Source: Lagierella massiliensis (GTDB taxonomy: Bacteria > Bacillota > Clostridia > Tissierellales > Peptoniphilaceae). From it: a DNA stretch of 64,000 bases. Below, one piece after another: positions 28,930-38,943 of the stretch. Both the position numbers and the translations under genes were made by a program. The notes below the pieces were generated by a model, which made no database searches, had not been told where the DNA came from, and saw only the letters and a list, made by a program, of their open reading frames with translations. The stretch lies in assembly GCA_030532135.1 (NCBI GenBank), contig JAUNLT010000003.1:68423-132422 (forward strand). The letters run 5' to 3'. The first letter of the stretch is position 1. The number at the start of each line of letters is the position of its first letter.

Positions 28930-31341
28930 TTAAATTGTTCTAATTAAATCTATGGTCGGTCTGTTCAATATTCCCTTTAGTGAGAAATGGTAGATAAGAA
29001 TGTTTATACCATATACAACCATGGAAAATATAATAAAGGACCTATAATCATAGTAACTTAGTAAAATCCTCAGGTATAAAGATGGGGATAATAGTGATAT
29101 GACGCACATTACCACGAAGCTCACAAGTACAGAAAGGATAAAGGACTTTATCTGCTCAGAAACGAATTCTTTTTGGTAGATACTTTTTAATTCATCTAAA
29201 TCCATGCCACAGGAATAAAGGCTTCCAATTTCCTTCTTTCGACTCATTAAACTTAAATTAATAGAGGAATAGCCATTGGTAATATTTAACACAAAGATGA
29301 TTGAAGCAATCCCCATTGCAATTTTTATTAAACTGTTTAAATCATTATATTCATTTTTTGCTATTTCTTCACCTGTTATGATATTAAAACGATCCTCTGG
29401 TGAGATTTTACTTCTAATCATGGCTTCTACATATTCTTTTGTATCTTTGATATTGGAATCTTTTATTTTCATATTTAATGTAAAGGCATATTGTTTATAT
29501 TTTTCATCACCCGATTCATTCATAAGATTAAAAAATGTATCGAAGTCAGTATATATTTTTACATCAAATGGCATGGTTCTCGACTTATATTTTCCCAAAT
29601 CTGTTATTGTTTTTGAAATTTTAATAGTTCTTTTGTGGTCATTTCCGAAATTTAAATCTAAACTTTGAGGGTTTTCAAAATATGGAATATATTTTGCCTT
29701 AGATATAGGTATTGACGAATCTTCTTGTATCATATTGTAGAGTATAAACTCGCCTTTATCCCCTCCTAGCTCTTTTAAGTCATCTTCTTCCAAGGCTATA
29801 ATAAAACCATCCATTCCTTTTGTTTTATATTTTTCTATATTTTTTCTAGCTTCTTGGTCTAATCCTATTTCCTTGGCTTCTTTTGAGAATTCATTTGTGT
29901 TTCCCACCTGAACATATTTTTGTTTTGTAATATATGACTTCTCGTTAGGAATTTTTTCTACAATTTCTTTTAATATTTTTGGCACTTGATTATTTTCACT
30001 AAAATAATCTACAGTAAAATTATATCCAGTATCGTAATGAGAATAATCCCTGTAATAATTGGAGATGCCCATGGTAATTATAAACACTGAAATAATTATT
30101 ATTCCTATGGCGGAAATATATCTCTGTGATTTTATTGATGCCAAGTTGTTGAGTTTTAATTCCTTCCAAAAATCTTTGGCTCTTTTCTTCTTTGATTTGG
30201 AAAAATCGATATTCCCTCTTATGCCATCTATAATGTTTATTTTAGAAATCTTTTTCCCAGGAGATTTAATGGCTAGTGCCACAATAATGAAAGAAACCAA
30301 AACTATTACCAAATTTAATAAGGGATTAAATTTTACTACCTTTTGTATATTTTTATACAAAAGATATATAAAGGAAAAGCCTGCAACATTGCCTAAAACT
30401 ATTGGAATTGCAGATATAATAAGTCCTTCTTTTAGGAGCAATAAATAAATTTGCCTATCTGTAGAGCCTATGGACTTATAAATAGAAAGTTCTCTGATTT
30501 TCCTTATCTCCCAAACCCAAAAGATATTTTTTGTAAAAAACACAAAAAGTACAATACAGCCTATAACTGAAAAAACGATAATAGCCTTAGACATAAAATT
30601 TTGTAAAGGTTCGTTTTCTACACTATAAAAAGTTATTAAACTTTCTGAAAATTCTAAATCAATATCTTTGCCCAGTTTCTCATCAATTTTTGATTGAATC
30701 ATCTCTTTATTTTTGTAAGCATCTTCAAAGGAATTAAACTTTACAAAGGTTTTAAATGAAGTCATTTCTTCTTGCAATCCCATTGCAAAATTCAATTTAC
30801 TATACTTATTATAAACATCTCCATAAATTCCGACTATAGTATATTTCTTTGTTTCATCTTTTTGGAATTTCTCCCTATCAGTATAAGCGCTAGTCGGTCC
30901 AACCTCTTCACCATTCATTATTCTTTTACCAATGTCTAGACTTATCTTATCTCCAAGTTTTAAATTGTTTTTATTGATAAAACTTTCAGATAAAATTAAT
31001 TCGTCTTTATTTTCAGCAAAACGTCCATCAGTTAATCTGGAGTACTCCCTCATTTTATTTATATCTTCATCTTGATAATTAACTACAATCATGTCATTTT
31101 TATATTTCGCAGAATCCTGTTTTAAAGACATTTTTCCTACAATGGCTACATCATCAATGGGCTTTATCTTTTCAATATCTTTATTTGTTAAATCACCTTT
31201 AAGTTCCCCATGGTAAAAACTTGAAGTCATATAGTAATCATAATTGGCTCTCATATTTGTATATCCATAATAAAAAACCATAGTAAAAAACAAACTTACA
31301 ATAAATAAGGAAATAAAAATAGGAAAATTTTTCTTATTCAT
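28930..31341 (-). CDS. FtsX/MacB-like ABC transporter permease
   Basis: Two FtsX-type repeats (IRELSIYKSIG; RKKEIGSLYSCG) and large extracellular loops; overlaps the ATPase stop. Confidence 0.88.
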   Translation of the reverse strand: MNKKNFPIFISLFIVSLFFTMVFYYGYTNMRANYDYYMTSSFYHGELKGDLTNKDIEKIKPIDDVAIVGKMSLKQDSAKYKNDMIVVNYQDEDINKMREYSRLTDGRFAENKDELILSESFINKNNLKLGDKISLDIGKRIMNGEEVGPTSAYTDREKFQKDETKKYTIVGIYGDVYNKYSKLNFAMGLQEEMTSFKTFVKFNSFEDAYKNKEMIQSKIDEKLGKDIDLEFSESLITFYSVENEPLQNFMSKAIIVFSVIGCIVLFVFFTKNIFWVWEIRKIRELSIYKSIGSTDRQIYLLLLKEGLIISAIPIVLGNVAGFSFIYLLYKNIQKVVKFNPLLNLVIVLVSFIIVALAIKSPGKKISKINIIDGIRGNIDFSKSKKKRAKDFWKELKLNNLASIKSQRYISAIGIIIISVFIITMGISNYYRDYSHYDTGYNFTVDYFSENNQVPKILKEIVEKIPNEKSYITKQKYVQVGNTNEFSKEAKEIGLDQEARKNIEKYKTKGMDGFIIALEEDDLKELGGDKGEFILYNMIQEDSSIPISKAKYIPYFENPQSLDLNFGNDHKRTIKISKTITDLGKYKSRTMPFDVKIYTDFDTFFNLMNESGDEKYKQYAFTLNMKIKDSNIKDTKEYVEAMIRSKISPEDRFNIITGEEIAKNEYNDLNSLIKIAMGIASIIFVLNITNGYSSINLSLMSRKKEIGSLYSCGMDLDELKSIYQKEFVSEQIKSFILSVLVSFVVMCVISLLSPSLYLRILLSYYDYRSFIIFSMVVYGINILIYHFSLKGILNRPTIDLIRTI

Positions 31342-32014
31342 TTCTTTCATCTCCTACAATTTTTCCATCTACGATTGTGATTATCCGGTCTGTCTGTAAG
31401 GCTATCTCTTCGTCATGAGTGATTAAAATAATGGTCTGTTTTAAAGTTTTATTGAAGTATTTAAAAATTTCTATAATTTCCTTAGAGTTTTTCCTGTCTA
31501 AATTTCCCGTCGGTTCATCTGCAAGTATTATAGCTGGATTGTAGATAAGACTTCTAGCTATGGCAACTCTTTGTTGTTGTCCACCTGAAAGTTCACTGGG
31601 AAAACTTTCAAGTTTCTTTTCTATACCTAGTTTATTTACTATATCTAAAAAAGACTTCTCATCAATTTTTCTTTTATCAAGTTTTAATGGAAGTTCTATG
31701 TTGTGACGAACTGTTAAGTTGGGAATTAAATTATAAAATTGGTAAATTAAACCCACCTTTCTCCTGCGAAAATAAGCCAGCTCCTTTGAAGAATACTTTG
31801 AAATGTCGTTACCGTCTATATAGACCTTACCAGCATTAGGACTGTCCACACCTCCAATAATATGTAAAAGTGTTGATTTTCCAGATCCACTTGGACCAAC
31901 AATGGCGACAAATTCTCCTCTTGCTATTTCAAGGTCGACACCATTTAAGGCAATGACCTTATTAACACCCTCGCCATATTCTTTTCTTAATTTTTCTACT
32001 TTTAATATTTCCAT
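31334..32014 (-). CDS. ABC transporter ATPase (LolD/MacB-like)
   Basis: [25 protein letters not shown]; RBS GGAGG before ATG at 32014. Confidence 0.93.
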   Translation of the reverse strand: MEILKVEKLRKEYGEGVNKVIALNGVDLEIARGEFVAIVGPSGSGKSTLLHIIGGVDSPNAGKVYIDGNDISKYSSKELAYFRRRKVGLIYQFYNLIPNLTVRHNIELPLKLDKRKIDEKSFLDIVNKLGIEKKLESFPSELSGGQQQRVAIARSLIYNPAIILADEPTGNLDRKNSKEIIEIFKYFNKTLKQTIILITHDEEIALQTDRIITIVDGKIVGDERNE

Positions 32015-32056
32015 ACCTGCCTCCTTTTCTTGTGTCAAGGTAAGCATATAAAAACA

Positions 32057-32074
32057 AAGTGATTTTTAAGTGAC
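32057..32074 (-). promoter_or_regulatory. Candidate OmpR-family binding direct repeat upstream of the ABC genes
   Basis: Minus strand GTCACTT-aaaa-ATCACTT (11-bp period), 43 bp upstream of the ATPase start. Confidence 0.5.
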
Positions 32075-32926
32075 ATTATAAAATTTTATTTCAAATTTTG
32101 CTCCGTTATCAGTGTTTGAAACAGAAATTTCTCCATTGTTCTTCTCTGTAATTGTCTTAACCATAGCAAGGCCTATGCCAAAACCATTTGAGTCAGGGGT
32201 CTTGTAAAAACGTTTAAAGATCTTTTTAATATTTTCTTTTTCAATCCCTCCCCCATTGTCCTCAATGATTAAGCTTGTATAAAGTGGGTTTTTGTAAGAT
32301 GAAATTGAGATTTTATCACAAGTAGGCCTATTATCTGCATTTTTTATAATATTGATAAGAGCTTCTGCCAGCCAATAAAAATCTCCAAAAACAATATTTT
32401 CCTTTAAACTCTCCCCTATTTCTACCTTGGTAGATCTCTTTAAATCTAAACTGTCTAAAGCATAATCCACCAATTCATCTAAAGAAACTTCCTCTTTTTT
32501 CATAAGATTTTTATTTGCATCAAGGCTTGATAGTTTAAGCAAAATATCTGATAAGGAGTTTAATCTTAAGATTTGTCTTTTTAAAATTCCTATATCTTCA
32601 TTGTTAGGATAGGTCAATTCCAAATTTTCTATAGAAAAAAGCATAGATGTAATAGGAGTTTTTATTTGATGGGCGATGTCTTCTAGATATTCTATTTGCT
32701 TTTCGCTATTTTTTCTACTTGTCTCCTTAGCTTCCACTATTTCTATAAAAAGTTTGTAAATTTCATCTTCTAATATTGAAAAATCATCTTGCTTCATTGG
32801 AATTTTGTATTCTTGATTTTTCATGTTTTCTATTAGAACTATAAGTTCATTTATCCTGCTTTTCTTTCTTTTTTCTAAAAAATAATAAAGAAGTCCAAGA
32901 CTTATTATCCAAAATACATATATCAT
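32066..32926 (-). CDS. Sensor histidine kinase with no extracellular sensor domain
   Basis: H-box IAHQIKTP, N-box NIIKNA, DNGGG, GFGIGL; one short N-terminal TM. Confidence 0.92.
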   Translation of the reverse strand: MIYVFWIISLGLLYYFLEKRKKSRINELIVLIENMKNQEYKIPMKQDDFSILEDEIYKLFIEIVEAKETSRKNSEKQIEYLEDIAHQIKTPITSMLFSIENLELTYPNNEDIGILKRQILRLNSLSDILLKLSSLDANKNLMKKEEVSLDELVDYALDSLDLKRSTKVEIGESLKENIVFGDFYWLAEALINIIKNADNRPTCDKISISSYKNPLYTSLIIEDNGGGIEKENIKKIFKRFYKTPDSNGFGIGLAMVKTITEKNNGEISVSNTDNGAKFEIKFYNVT

Positions 32927-33577
32927 CTAATCCATCCTATATCCAATTCCTCTAACCGTTGTGATAACTTTTCTATCAAGCTTTTCTCTGATTCTCTTTA
33001 TAGTTGATGTGAGAGTGTTGTCATTAACAAACTTATCCCTATCTTCCCAAAACATTTCCAAAAGCCTACTTCTAGTATAAACCCTGTGAGGATTTTTAAT
33101 AAATAAGACTAATATCTCATACTCAAGGGGAGTTAGGTCTATTTGTTCACCTTTAAAATAAACTTTTGAATCATTTATATCTATTTTGATATCCTTATAA
33201 GTAATTTTTTTATCTTGACTTAGAGGGATCGTCCTTAAAACTGCGTCAATTCTCGCCCTTAAAATCGCAAGGGAAAATGGCTTTGTGAGATAATCATCTG
33301 CTCCCCTATCAAGAGACGAGATAATAAAATCTTCATCGTTTTTAACTGTTGTCACAATTACTCTTATGTCCTTGTCTTTTAACTTTTCTATCAAATAATG
33401 ACCGTCTTTATCTGGAAGATTTATGTCCAAAAGAGCCACATCCATATCTACATTCATCTTATAACTTGCTTCATAAAAAGACGATGCAATCACTACTTCA
33501 TAACCATTATTAACTAAATATTTTTTAATTTGTCGAGCAATTTCCGTATTATCTTCTATTATTAAGACTCTTCTCAT
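32927..33577 (-). CDS. OmpR-family response regulator
   Basis: IIED, LLDINLPD, GADDYLTKPF, TVRGIGY; RBS before ATG at 33577. Confidence 0.93.
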   Translation of the reverse strand: MRRVLIIEDNTEIARQIKKYLVNNGYEVVIASSFYEASYKMNVDMDVALLDINLPDKDGHYLIEKLKDKDIRVIVTTVKNDEDFIISSLDRGADDYLTKPFSLAILRARIDAVLRTIPLSQDKKITYKDIKIDINDSKVYFKGEQIDLTPLEYEILVLFIKNPHRVYTRSRLLEMFWEDRDKFVNDNTLTSTIKRIREKLDRKVITTVRGIGYRMD

Positions 33578-33631
33578 ACTACTCCCTTCATCAATCAACA
33601 TATTATATTAAATCTACTCTTCATATTTATG

Positions 33632-33680
33632 ATACCATTTTAATCCAAAACAAAAACAGCTCCCTAATATGAGCTGTTTA
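33632..33680. repeat. Terminator/promoter junction repeat, right copy
   Basis: ATACCATT-N10-ACAAAAACAGC-N10-GAGCTGTTTA. Confidence 0.7.
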
Positions 33681-33689
33681 CTAAGCAAT

Positions 33690-34240
33690 CTCAATCTAAA
33701 CTTCAGATTTAAATAACACCTTCAGATTCTATTCATTTTTCGCTTGCAAAATCTATATAGTCTTCCTTCTTATAATCTACTTTTAAAGATCTTCTAAAGA
33801 AATTAATATATTAATTTCTTGCTTTACAACATATGAATATTCTTTTAATAATCAATTAATTCAAACCCATAGCTTTTAAGATACTCGTAGGTTTCTTTAT
33901 ACATTTGTTTTGTTTCTAAATTATTGACAAGTAACTTAACCTCTTTTGGGACAAAATAATCATCCCCTATGCTATCTAGTTAACAGCACCCTATATTCAT
34001 TTTTTATATTAGTTTTTCTTTCCTCTTGATTGATGCGGTTTCAGTTTTCTCTTCTGTTTTTTAAGCAGTCCTTAAAAGAGTTTATTTAAGTATATCTTAA
34101 TTTTTTACGTATTAACCTTATTTCAAAATATCTGTTTATTGCTATTTATCTTCTCCTATATGACTTTTGCGTCTTCAGCTAGGAATTTTTATATGGATTC
34201 GTTACAATAATCGTTCACATTATTATCTCTTTATTTATTA
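33690..34240 (-). pseudogene. Degenerate coding remnants of unknown identity
   Basis: Start-less protein-like segments, e.g. LDSIGDDYFVPKEVKLLVNNLETKQMYKETYEYLKSYGFELIDY* and KVDYKKEDYIDFASEK*. Confidence 0.35.
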
Positions 34241-34248
34241 GAAAGCCT

Positions 34249-34794
34249 CTATTTTTTCTTAACATCAATACTACAGTCTCTATATAACTTACTTTCAAAA
34301 TACTTATCTTTTGTTAATACTATGTGATGAATATTCTCATCTTCAGTTTCCATATCTTTAAAGCCCACAGCTTTATGAATATGATATGCTGCTTTTCTTG
34401 TGGTTTCAAAGGTGTTATGAAGTCTAGTAATTTTTTTTGTTTTAAATGCTTGATCTACTAGAAGAAAAAGTCCTTCTTTGCCATAGCCTTTACCACGCTC
34501 ACTGCCAAGTATTACAATTCCCATATCCCACCAATCTTTTTCAGAATTATAATAATAGTTAACATACCCAACAAAGGTTCCAGCTTCTTTCAGACGTAAA
34601 TAAGCAAAAAAATTCCTTGGCACTTGATTAACCCACTTATAGTACCAATTTTTCCATTTATTCTTAGGAAAATCTATGCAACCATCCGGAGGAAACCAGG
34701 AAGCATTATATGCCATTGTTTCTGAATCTGCCAACATCTTTTGATAAAAATATAAATCATCTATTTTGGGAATATATAAGAGCAAATCGTTCAA
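34249..34794 (-). CDS. RimJ/RimL-type GNAT acetyltransferase
   Basis: ERGKGYG motif A, HKAVGF; likely TTG start at 34794 after AGGAGG. Confidence 0.82.
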   Translation of the reverse strand: MNDLLLYIPKIDDLYFYQKMLADSETMAYNASWFPPDGCIDFPKNKWKNWYYKWVNQVPRNFFAYLRLKEAGTFVGYVNYYYNSEKDWWDMGIVILGSERGKGYGKEGLFLLVDQAFKTKKITRLHNTFETTRKAAYHIHKAVGFKDMETEDENIHHIVLTKDKYFESKLYRDCSIDVKKK

Positions 34795-34822
34795 TTTAGC
34801 TTCCTCCTTAAATTTTAATTTT

Positions 34823-35149
34823 TTATCCTGGTCTCCCATAGCTTGTCTTTATCGTTCCATCTATATTTCCAAAAATATCATTAAAATTGGCAATAATAAT
34901 ATCTAACGATTTCATCTCAGGTTCAAATAACCTAGCAGTTCCTACTTGATTTGAAGAAGTTTCGCCATCTTTGTTTTCCAATACTATATTAAGTTCATTT
35001 TCTTGAATAATAAAATTATCAATAGACGTTCTTACACTACGATAGATGAGTTTAAGATGATTTACTTGAATATATTGAATGCTTTTACAATACAAGACAT
35101 CTTTTAATTTTTTACATTTTTTGATGTCTATTTTATTTAGTATATCCAC
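34823..35149 (-). CDS. Hypothetical protein, possibly a fragment
   Basis: 108-aa ORF, GTG start without clear RBS, no motif recognised. Confidence 0.35.
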   Translation of the reverse strand: MDILNKIDIKKCKKLKDVLYCKSIQYIQVNHLKLIYRSVRTSIDNFIIQENELNIVLENKDGETSSNQVGTARLFEPEMKSLDIIIANFNDIFGNIDGTIKTSYGRPG

Positions 35150-35168
35150 TATGGCATGTGAAATTTAA

Positions 35169-35915
35169 TTATTTCCTAAATACAAACAAATATTCATGTG
35201 CTATTAATAAAAAGTTATACTTCACACTATTCGTTTTCCAAAAACCCGTTGCACGACAATTGTGTTGCTCTTTAATAATCAATTCTTTAAGTTTAAATCC
35301 TGCACTTTGAAAGATTTTCATTACTTCAAAAGACATAGGTATCATATGACCTTTTTGACGGGTATCTCCCATTAGGACAGCGCAAAACTTGTCTTTTTTC
35401 AAAACTCTATAACTTTCAGAAGCTACTGACTTCATCTCTTTTAAAAAATCTTTCACTTTTAGCAAAGATAAATCCTCAGATATATCTTCACTATATTTGA
35501 TAATATCGGCATAAGGTGGATGTGTGCAAATTAAATCAACACTTTCATCTCTAATAAAATCTAAGTTACGTGCATCTCCCTTGCGTAAATAAACCTTACC
35601 ATTTGTACCCTCATGCTCAAAATCTGTTTTTTCTTTGCATCTTGCAAGTGCTATATCATTCACATCTACACCAATAATATTTCGATTAAGTAACTTTGCT
35701 TCTACAAGCGTAGTTCCTCCGCCAGCAAATTGATCTAACACTAAATCATTTTCCTTTGAATATCTAAGTAAAATATTACGAGGAATATACGGTGACCAAT
35801 TGCCTCTCCACTTTGCGTCGTGAGTTGCCCAGTTACCACGCTTTGGAAAGGACCAATGCGTAGTCATTTCAAGTTCAAAATCATCTGGTTCCCATTTTGT
35901 GATTTTTTTCGCCAC
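35169..35915 (-). CDS. Second DNA methyltransferase of a DpnII-type system (DpnA-equivalent position)
   Basis: SAM motif LDQFAGGGTT, catalytic THPPY, HEYLFVF; translationally coupled to the nuclease. Confidence 0.8.
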   Translation of the reverse strand: MAKKITKWEPDDFELEMTTHWSFPKRGNWATHDAKWRGNWSPYIPRNILLRYSKENDLVLDQFAGGGTTLVEAKLLNRNIIGVDVNDIALARCKEKTDFEHEGTNGKVYLRKGDARNLDFIRDESVDLICTHPPYADIIKYSEDISEDLSLLKVKDFLKEMKSVASESYRVLKKDKFCAVLMGDTRQKGHMIPMSFEVMKIFQSAGFKLKELIIKEQHNCRATGFWKTNSVKYNFLLIAHEYLFVFRK

Positions 35916-36793
35916 TATTTAAACACCTCACTAATGATTTCGTCTTCTAAATCTTTAATATTATAAATGTGTTCCATAACATCAAAAGTTTCTTCAAGAT
36001 TATTACGAGCGCTTATCCAACCTTTCCCGTCAGTAAACCACACAAACGTAAAACCATTTATGGTGTTTGCTTCAATAGCAAGCGTTTTGTAGCTGCGAGC
36101 TGTTTCATTTAATTTACTTCCACCACTTGTATAAAAGTTAGTTTCAATACCATAAATCATACTTGGTGTCTTTATAACAAAATCAAAGCGTTTTTCCATC
36201 TTACCCTGATTAGAAATAGCAGATAAATCAACATTCCATTTATCTGTAATTTGATGAATGTACATTTCTTTAAAATAATTTTCATCTTTTACAAATCCTG
36301 CTTTACGAATAAAGCTTTCAACTAAATCTTCCATAAGATGTCCACCACGATTTTTACGACCGTTCGAATCAAGTCCTGTTTCAACACCTGTAACATAATC
36401 TACTAAATTATTGATAATATGTTTTCCCAACAAATCAAATAGACCTGTTTCTCTCATGAAATATTTATATCTTTCATAGTCAAGGTGACTATTGGGTGGA
36501 TATTTACCAAAGTCAAATTTGTATAAAAATCCACCATTTTCATCTTGGCAATAAATTTCATTTGTCCTCACTGCCAAAAGTAAAGGAATACATTTCATTA
36601 TTTCAGGATACTTTCTCATCAATCCATCAAAATCATTTTCTATGTTTTGAGAACCAATAAGAGAGTTCAAAATATTTAATTCCACTTTTATTGTATCAAC
36701 ATTTCTATGCACTTTTTCAAAATTTATATAGTATCCATAATCAGCTATACTATTACGAAAACCTGATAACCAATCTATAAAATTTCTTCTCAT
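35915..36793 (-). CDS. dpnB: DpnII-family type II restriction endonuclease (GATC)
   Basis: GVETGLDSNGRKNRGG, KRFDFV, IETNFY.SGGSKLNETARSY, WFTDG.GW. Confidence 0.9.
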   Translation of the reverse strand: MRRNFIDWLSGFRNSIADYGYYINFEKVHRNVDTIKVELNILNSLIGSQNIENDFDGLMRKYPEIMKCIPLLLAVRTNEIYCQDENGGFLYKFDFGKYPPNSHLDYERYKYFMRETGLFDLLGKHIINNLVDYVTGVETGLDSNGRKNRGGHLMEDLVESFIRKAGFVKDENYFKEMYIHQITDKWNVDLSAISNQGKMEKRFDFVIKTPSMIYGIETNFYTSGGSKLNETARSYKTLAIEANTINGFTFVWFTDGKGWISARNNLEETFDVMEHIYNIKDLEDEIISEVFK

Positions 36794-36806
36794 TTATTAT
36801 TTCTCC

Positions 36807-37333
36807 TCATCTTTTTTTCAGTACAGCTAGTCCCAATTTTATTAATGTTATGTATCCAAAGTAATATTGACAATTCATACTAATAATATAATCCAGTACA
36901 TCTTTATATTTATAATCCATAAAACAATCAGACAACAACTAAATGTATCCCTTATCAACATTCAGAAGTGCCATTAATTTCTGATACTGTTTGCTTTTAA
37001 AATCGCAGGTTTGCCATTATATATCTACTAAACCTGCGATATGCTGATACTTTCATTCAATTATAAATAATGTATTATTAACTATTATATAAATACTATC
37101 ATTAGGTAAAAGCTGTTTAGAAATTATTTTTTTCGAATCAATCCCAACTTCTTCTAAACATCTATAAAATCTATGCTTTTTAAAAATTTCGTTCTAATTC
37201 TTCTCCGTTATAAAAAATTATATCATTAATCACTAGTTATTCGTTTTAATTATTTAAGAAAGTATCCTAACCCTTTTCCCTCAAATACAAGCCTTGTTTT
37301 GTTGTTTACCCCACCTTTTCCGTTCTTTATCAT
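36807..37333 (-). pseudogene. Degraded PD-(D/E)xK nuclease gene inside the R-M operon
   Basis: Reconstructed MIKNGKGGVNNKTRLVFEGK...ISKQLLPNDSIYIIVNNTLFIIE*KYQHIAGLVDI*WQTCDFKSKQYQKL...YKDVLDYI...KLGL; several stops and frameshifts. Confidence 0.72.
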
Positions 37334-37347
37334 AATACTGCTTCTTC

Positions 37348-38418
37348 TTAAAAATTAGATATAAGTAATTCTTTAATTTTACCTCTTGATTTACCATTGC
37401 TATTAATCATTCTTGTTGCTTCCACCCTTTTGATTTTATGAGCAGAATAAATATCATCAAAAAAGTCATCATCTGTATTTGAATTTTTCGGATCTGAATT
37501 GCTCACTACAATCTTTGCTCCCTTTTTATTCAATTCGTCAACATAATCTGCCAATTCTTTCTGACTTTCATCGTTAAACAAGTTTTCCGTATATGCTGTA
37601 AAACTTGCTGTATCTGAAAGCGGACGATATGGTGGATCAAAATATACAAAAGTATGTTCATCAATAAAATCTTTTGATAATCTATAATCACCACAAACAA
37701 TGTTTATCTTTTGCAACTTCTTAGATACCTCTCGAAGATTATTTTCATCACAAATCATTGGATTTTTATATGAACCCATCGGAACATTAAATAAGCCTTT
37801 TTTATTCACACGAAAAAGTCCATTAAAGCAAGTCTTGTTCAGAAATATCATCAATACCGCTTTTTCGATATTAACATCTTCATCGCCATTGATTTTTAAA
37901 TCATTAAAGCGTTCTCTCTTTGCCATATAGTAAACTTTACGGTCGTCTTTGTCCATTGTAATAAATTCATCTTGCATAACTTGTAACATAGAAACAAGAG
38001 TGTCAATATCATCTCTAATAATACGATATGTATTAATAAGTTCTGCATTAGTATCACTAATATAAACTTTTTTCAAATCATACTTACTTAATATATCAAA
38101 AAGAACGGCTCCACCACCGACAAAGGGTTCTGCATATTTTGTAAAATTCTCATTATCAAAAGGATAATATTTTTCTATTTCTTTAAGGAGTTGTCCTTTA
38201 CCACCTGCCCATTTAAGAAATGGTTTGATAGTTTTTTCTCCTTTTTTGTTGTATCGAGTACTTCTTGCATCTTTGGGTTTTTCTGCAGTTTTAGGAATAA
38301 TCCACATATTACCTAATATAGTTGCATTATTAATTCTACCCTCAGAACAAAGAACAGCCACTCGCCTTTGTGAAATTCCCCATTTATTAGCAGCTTCTCT
38401 TGCAGACATATATTCCAT
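37348..38418 (-). CDS. dpnM: Dam-family adenine methyltransferase with N-terminal HTH
   Basis: KPFLKWAGGK, EPFVGGGAV, FNGLFRVN, DPPY; about 60-aa N-terminal HTH_17-like domain (EAANKWGISQRRV...GRI...W.IP). Confidence 0.9.
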   Translation of the reverse strand: MEYMSAREAANKWGISQRRVAVLCSEGRINNATILGNMWIIPKTAEKPKDARSTRYNKKGEKTIKPFLKWAGGKGQLLKEIEKYYPFDNENFTKYAEPFVGGGAVLFDILSKYDLKKVYISDTNAELINTYRIIRDDIDTLVSMLQVMQDEFITMDKDDRKVYYMAKRERFNDLKINGDEDVNIEKAVLMIFLNKTCFNGLFRVNKKGLFNVPMGSYKNPMICDENNLREVSKKLQKINIVCGDYRLSKDFIDEHTFVYFDPPYRPLSDTASFTAYTENLFNDESQKELADYVDELNKKGAKIVVSNSDPKNSNTDDDFFDDIYSAHKIKRVEATRMINSNGKSRGKIKELLISNF

Positions 38419-38446
38419 AGTGTTCCCTCCATTTTTTAGTATTTTT

Positions 38447-38475
38447 ATTATATTCTAATTCTCGAACAATAGCAA
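38447..38475 (-). promoter_or_regulatory. Promoter of the R-M operon with an imperfect inverted repeat in the spacer
   Basis: TTGCTA-N17-TATAAT; TATTGTTC-gagaatta-GAATATA overlaps the spacer and -10. Confidence 0.55.
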
Positions 38476-38943
38476 TATTATTCTAAGATTTTTTAAGTTT
38501 GCGGTGGCTGAGATTTAAATTTTTTCCACCATCTCTTTGTTGTTACATATAAATTAATTAACCCTTGAACACTTCCTTTACGCACTCCTCAATGTTACTC
38601 ATTATGCTAATTCATTAATACCGATTCTCTACCTTCATCTTTTTAGTAATTCCTTGCCTTTGGAACATATCTAAAATAGTAGATATTAATTCATAAACAT
38701 TCTTTCTATTAACCAAAATCATTAGTACAAGCTCTCAATTAGAGGAACCTTAGTTTTTTATTTGATAATATTTTGTTTGTACATAAAATTTTTTACTCGC
38801 ATACCTCCATATACATTTTTACTTATAGTATTCAATTAAAAAAAGTGGACCATTTTCGACCACAAATTGTCAATTAAGGAACCACTTTTAGATTATCATT
38901 TATATTCTCTTGTTAAATAAAAAAATTTTTAAAGGAGCAGAGA

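Noticed and set aside
35140-35168. Possible displaced rlmD 3' end (att site) after the methylase
   Set aside because: CACATGCCATAGTGG only loosely resembles T-x-H-V-E codons and is out of frame, which is too weak to call
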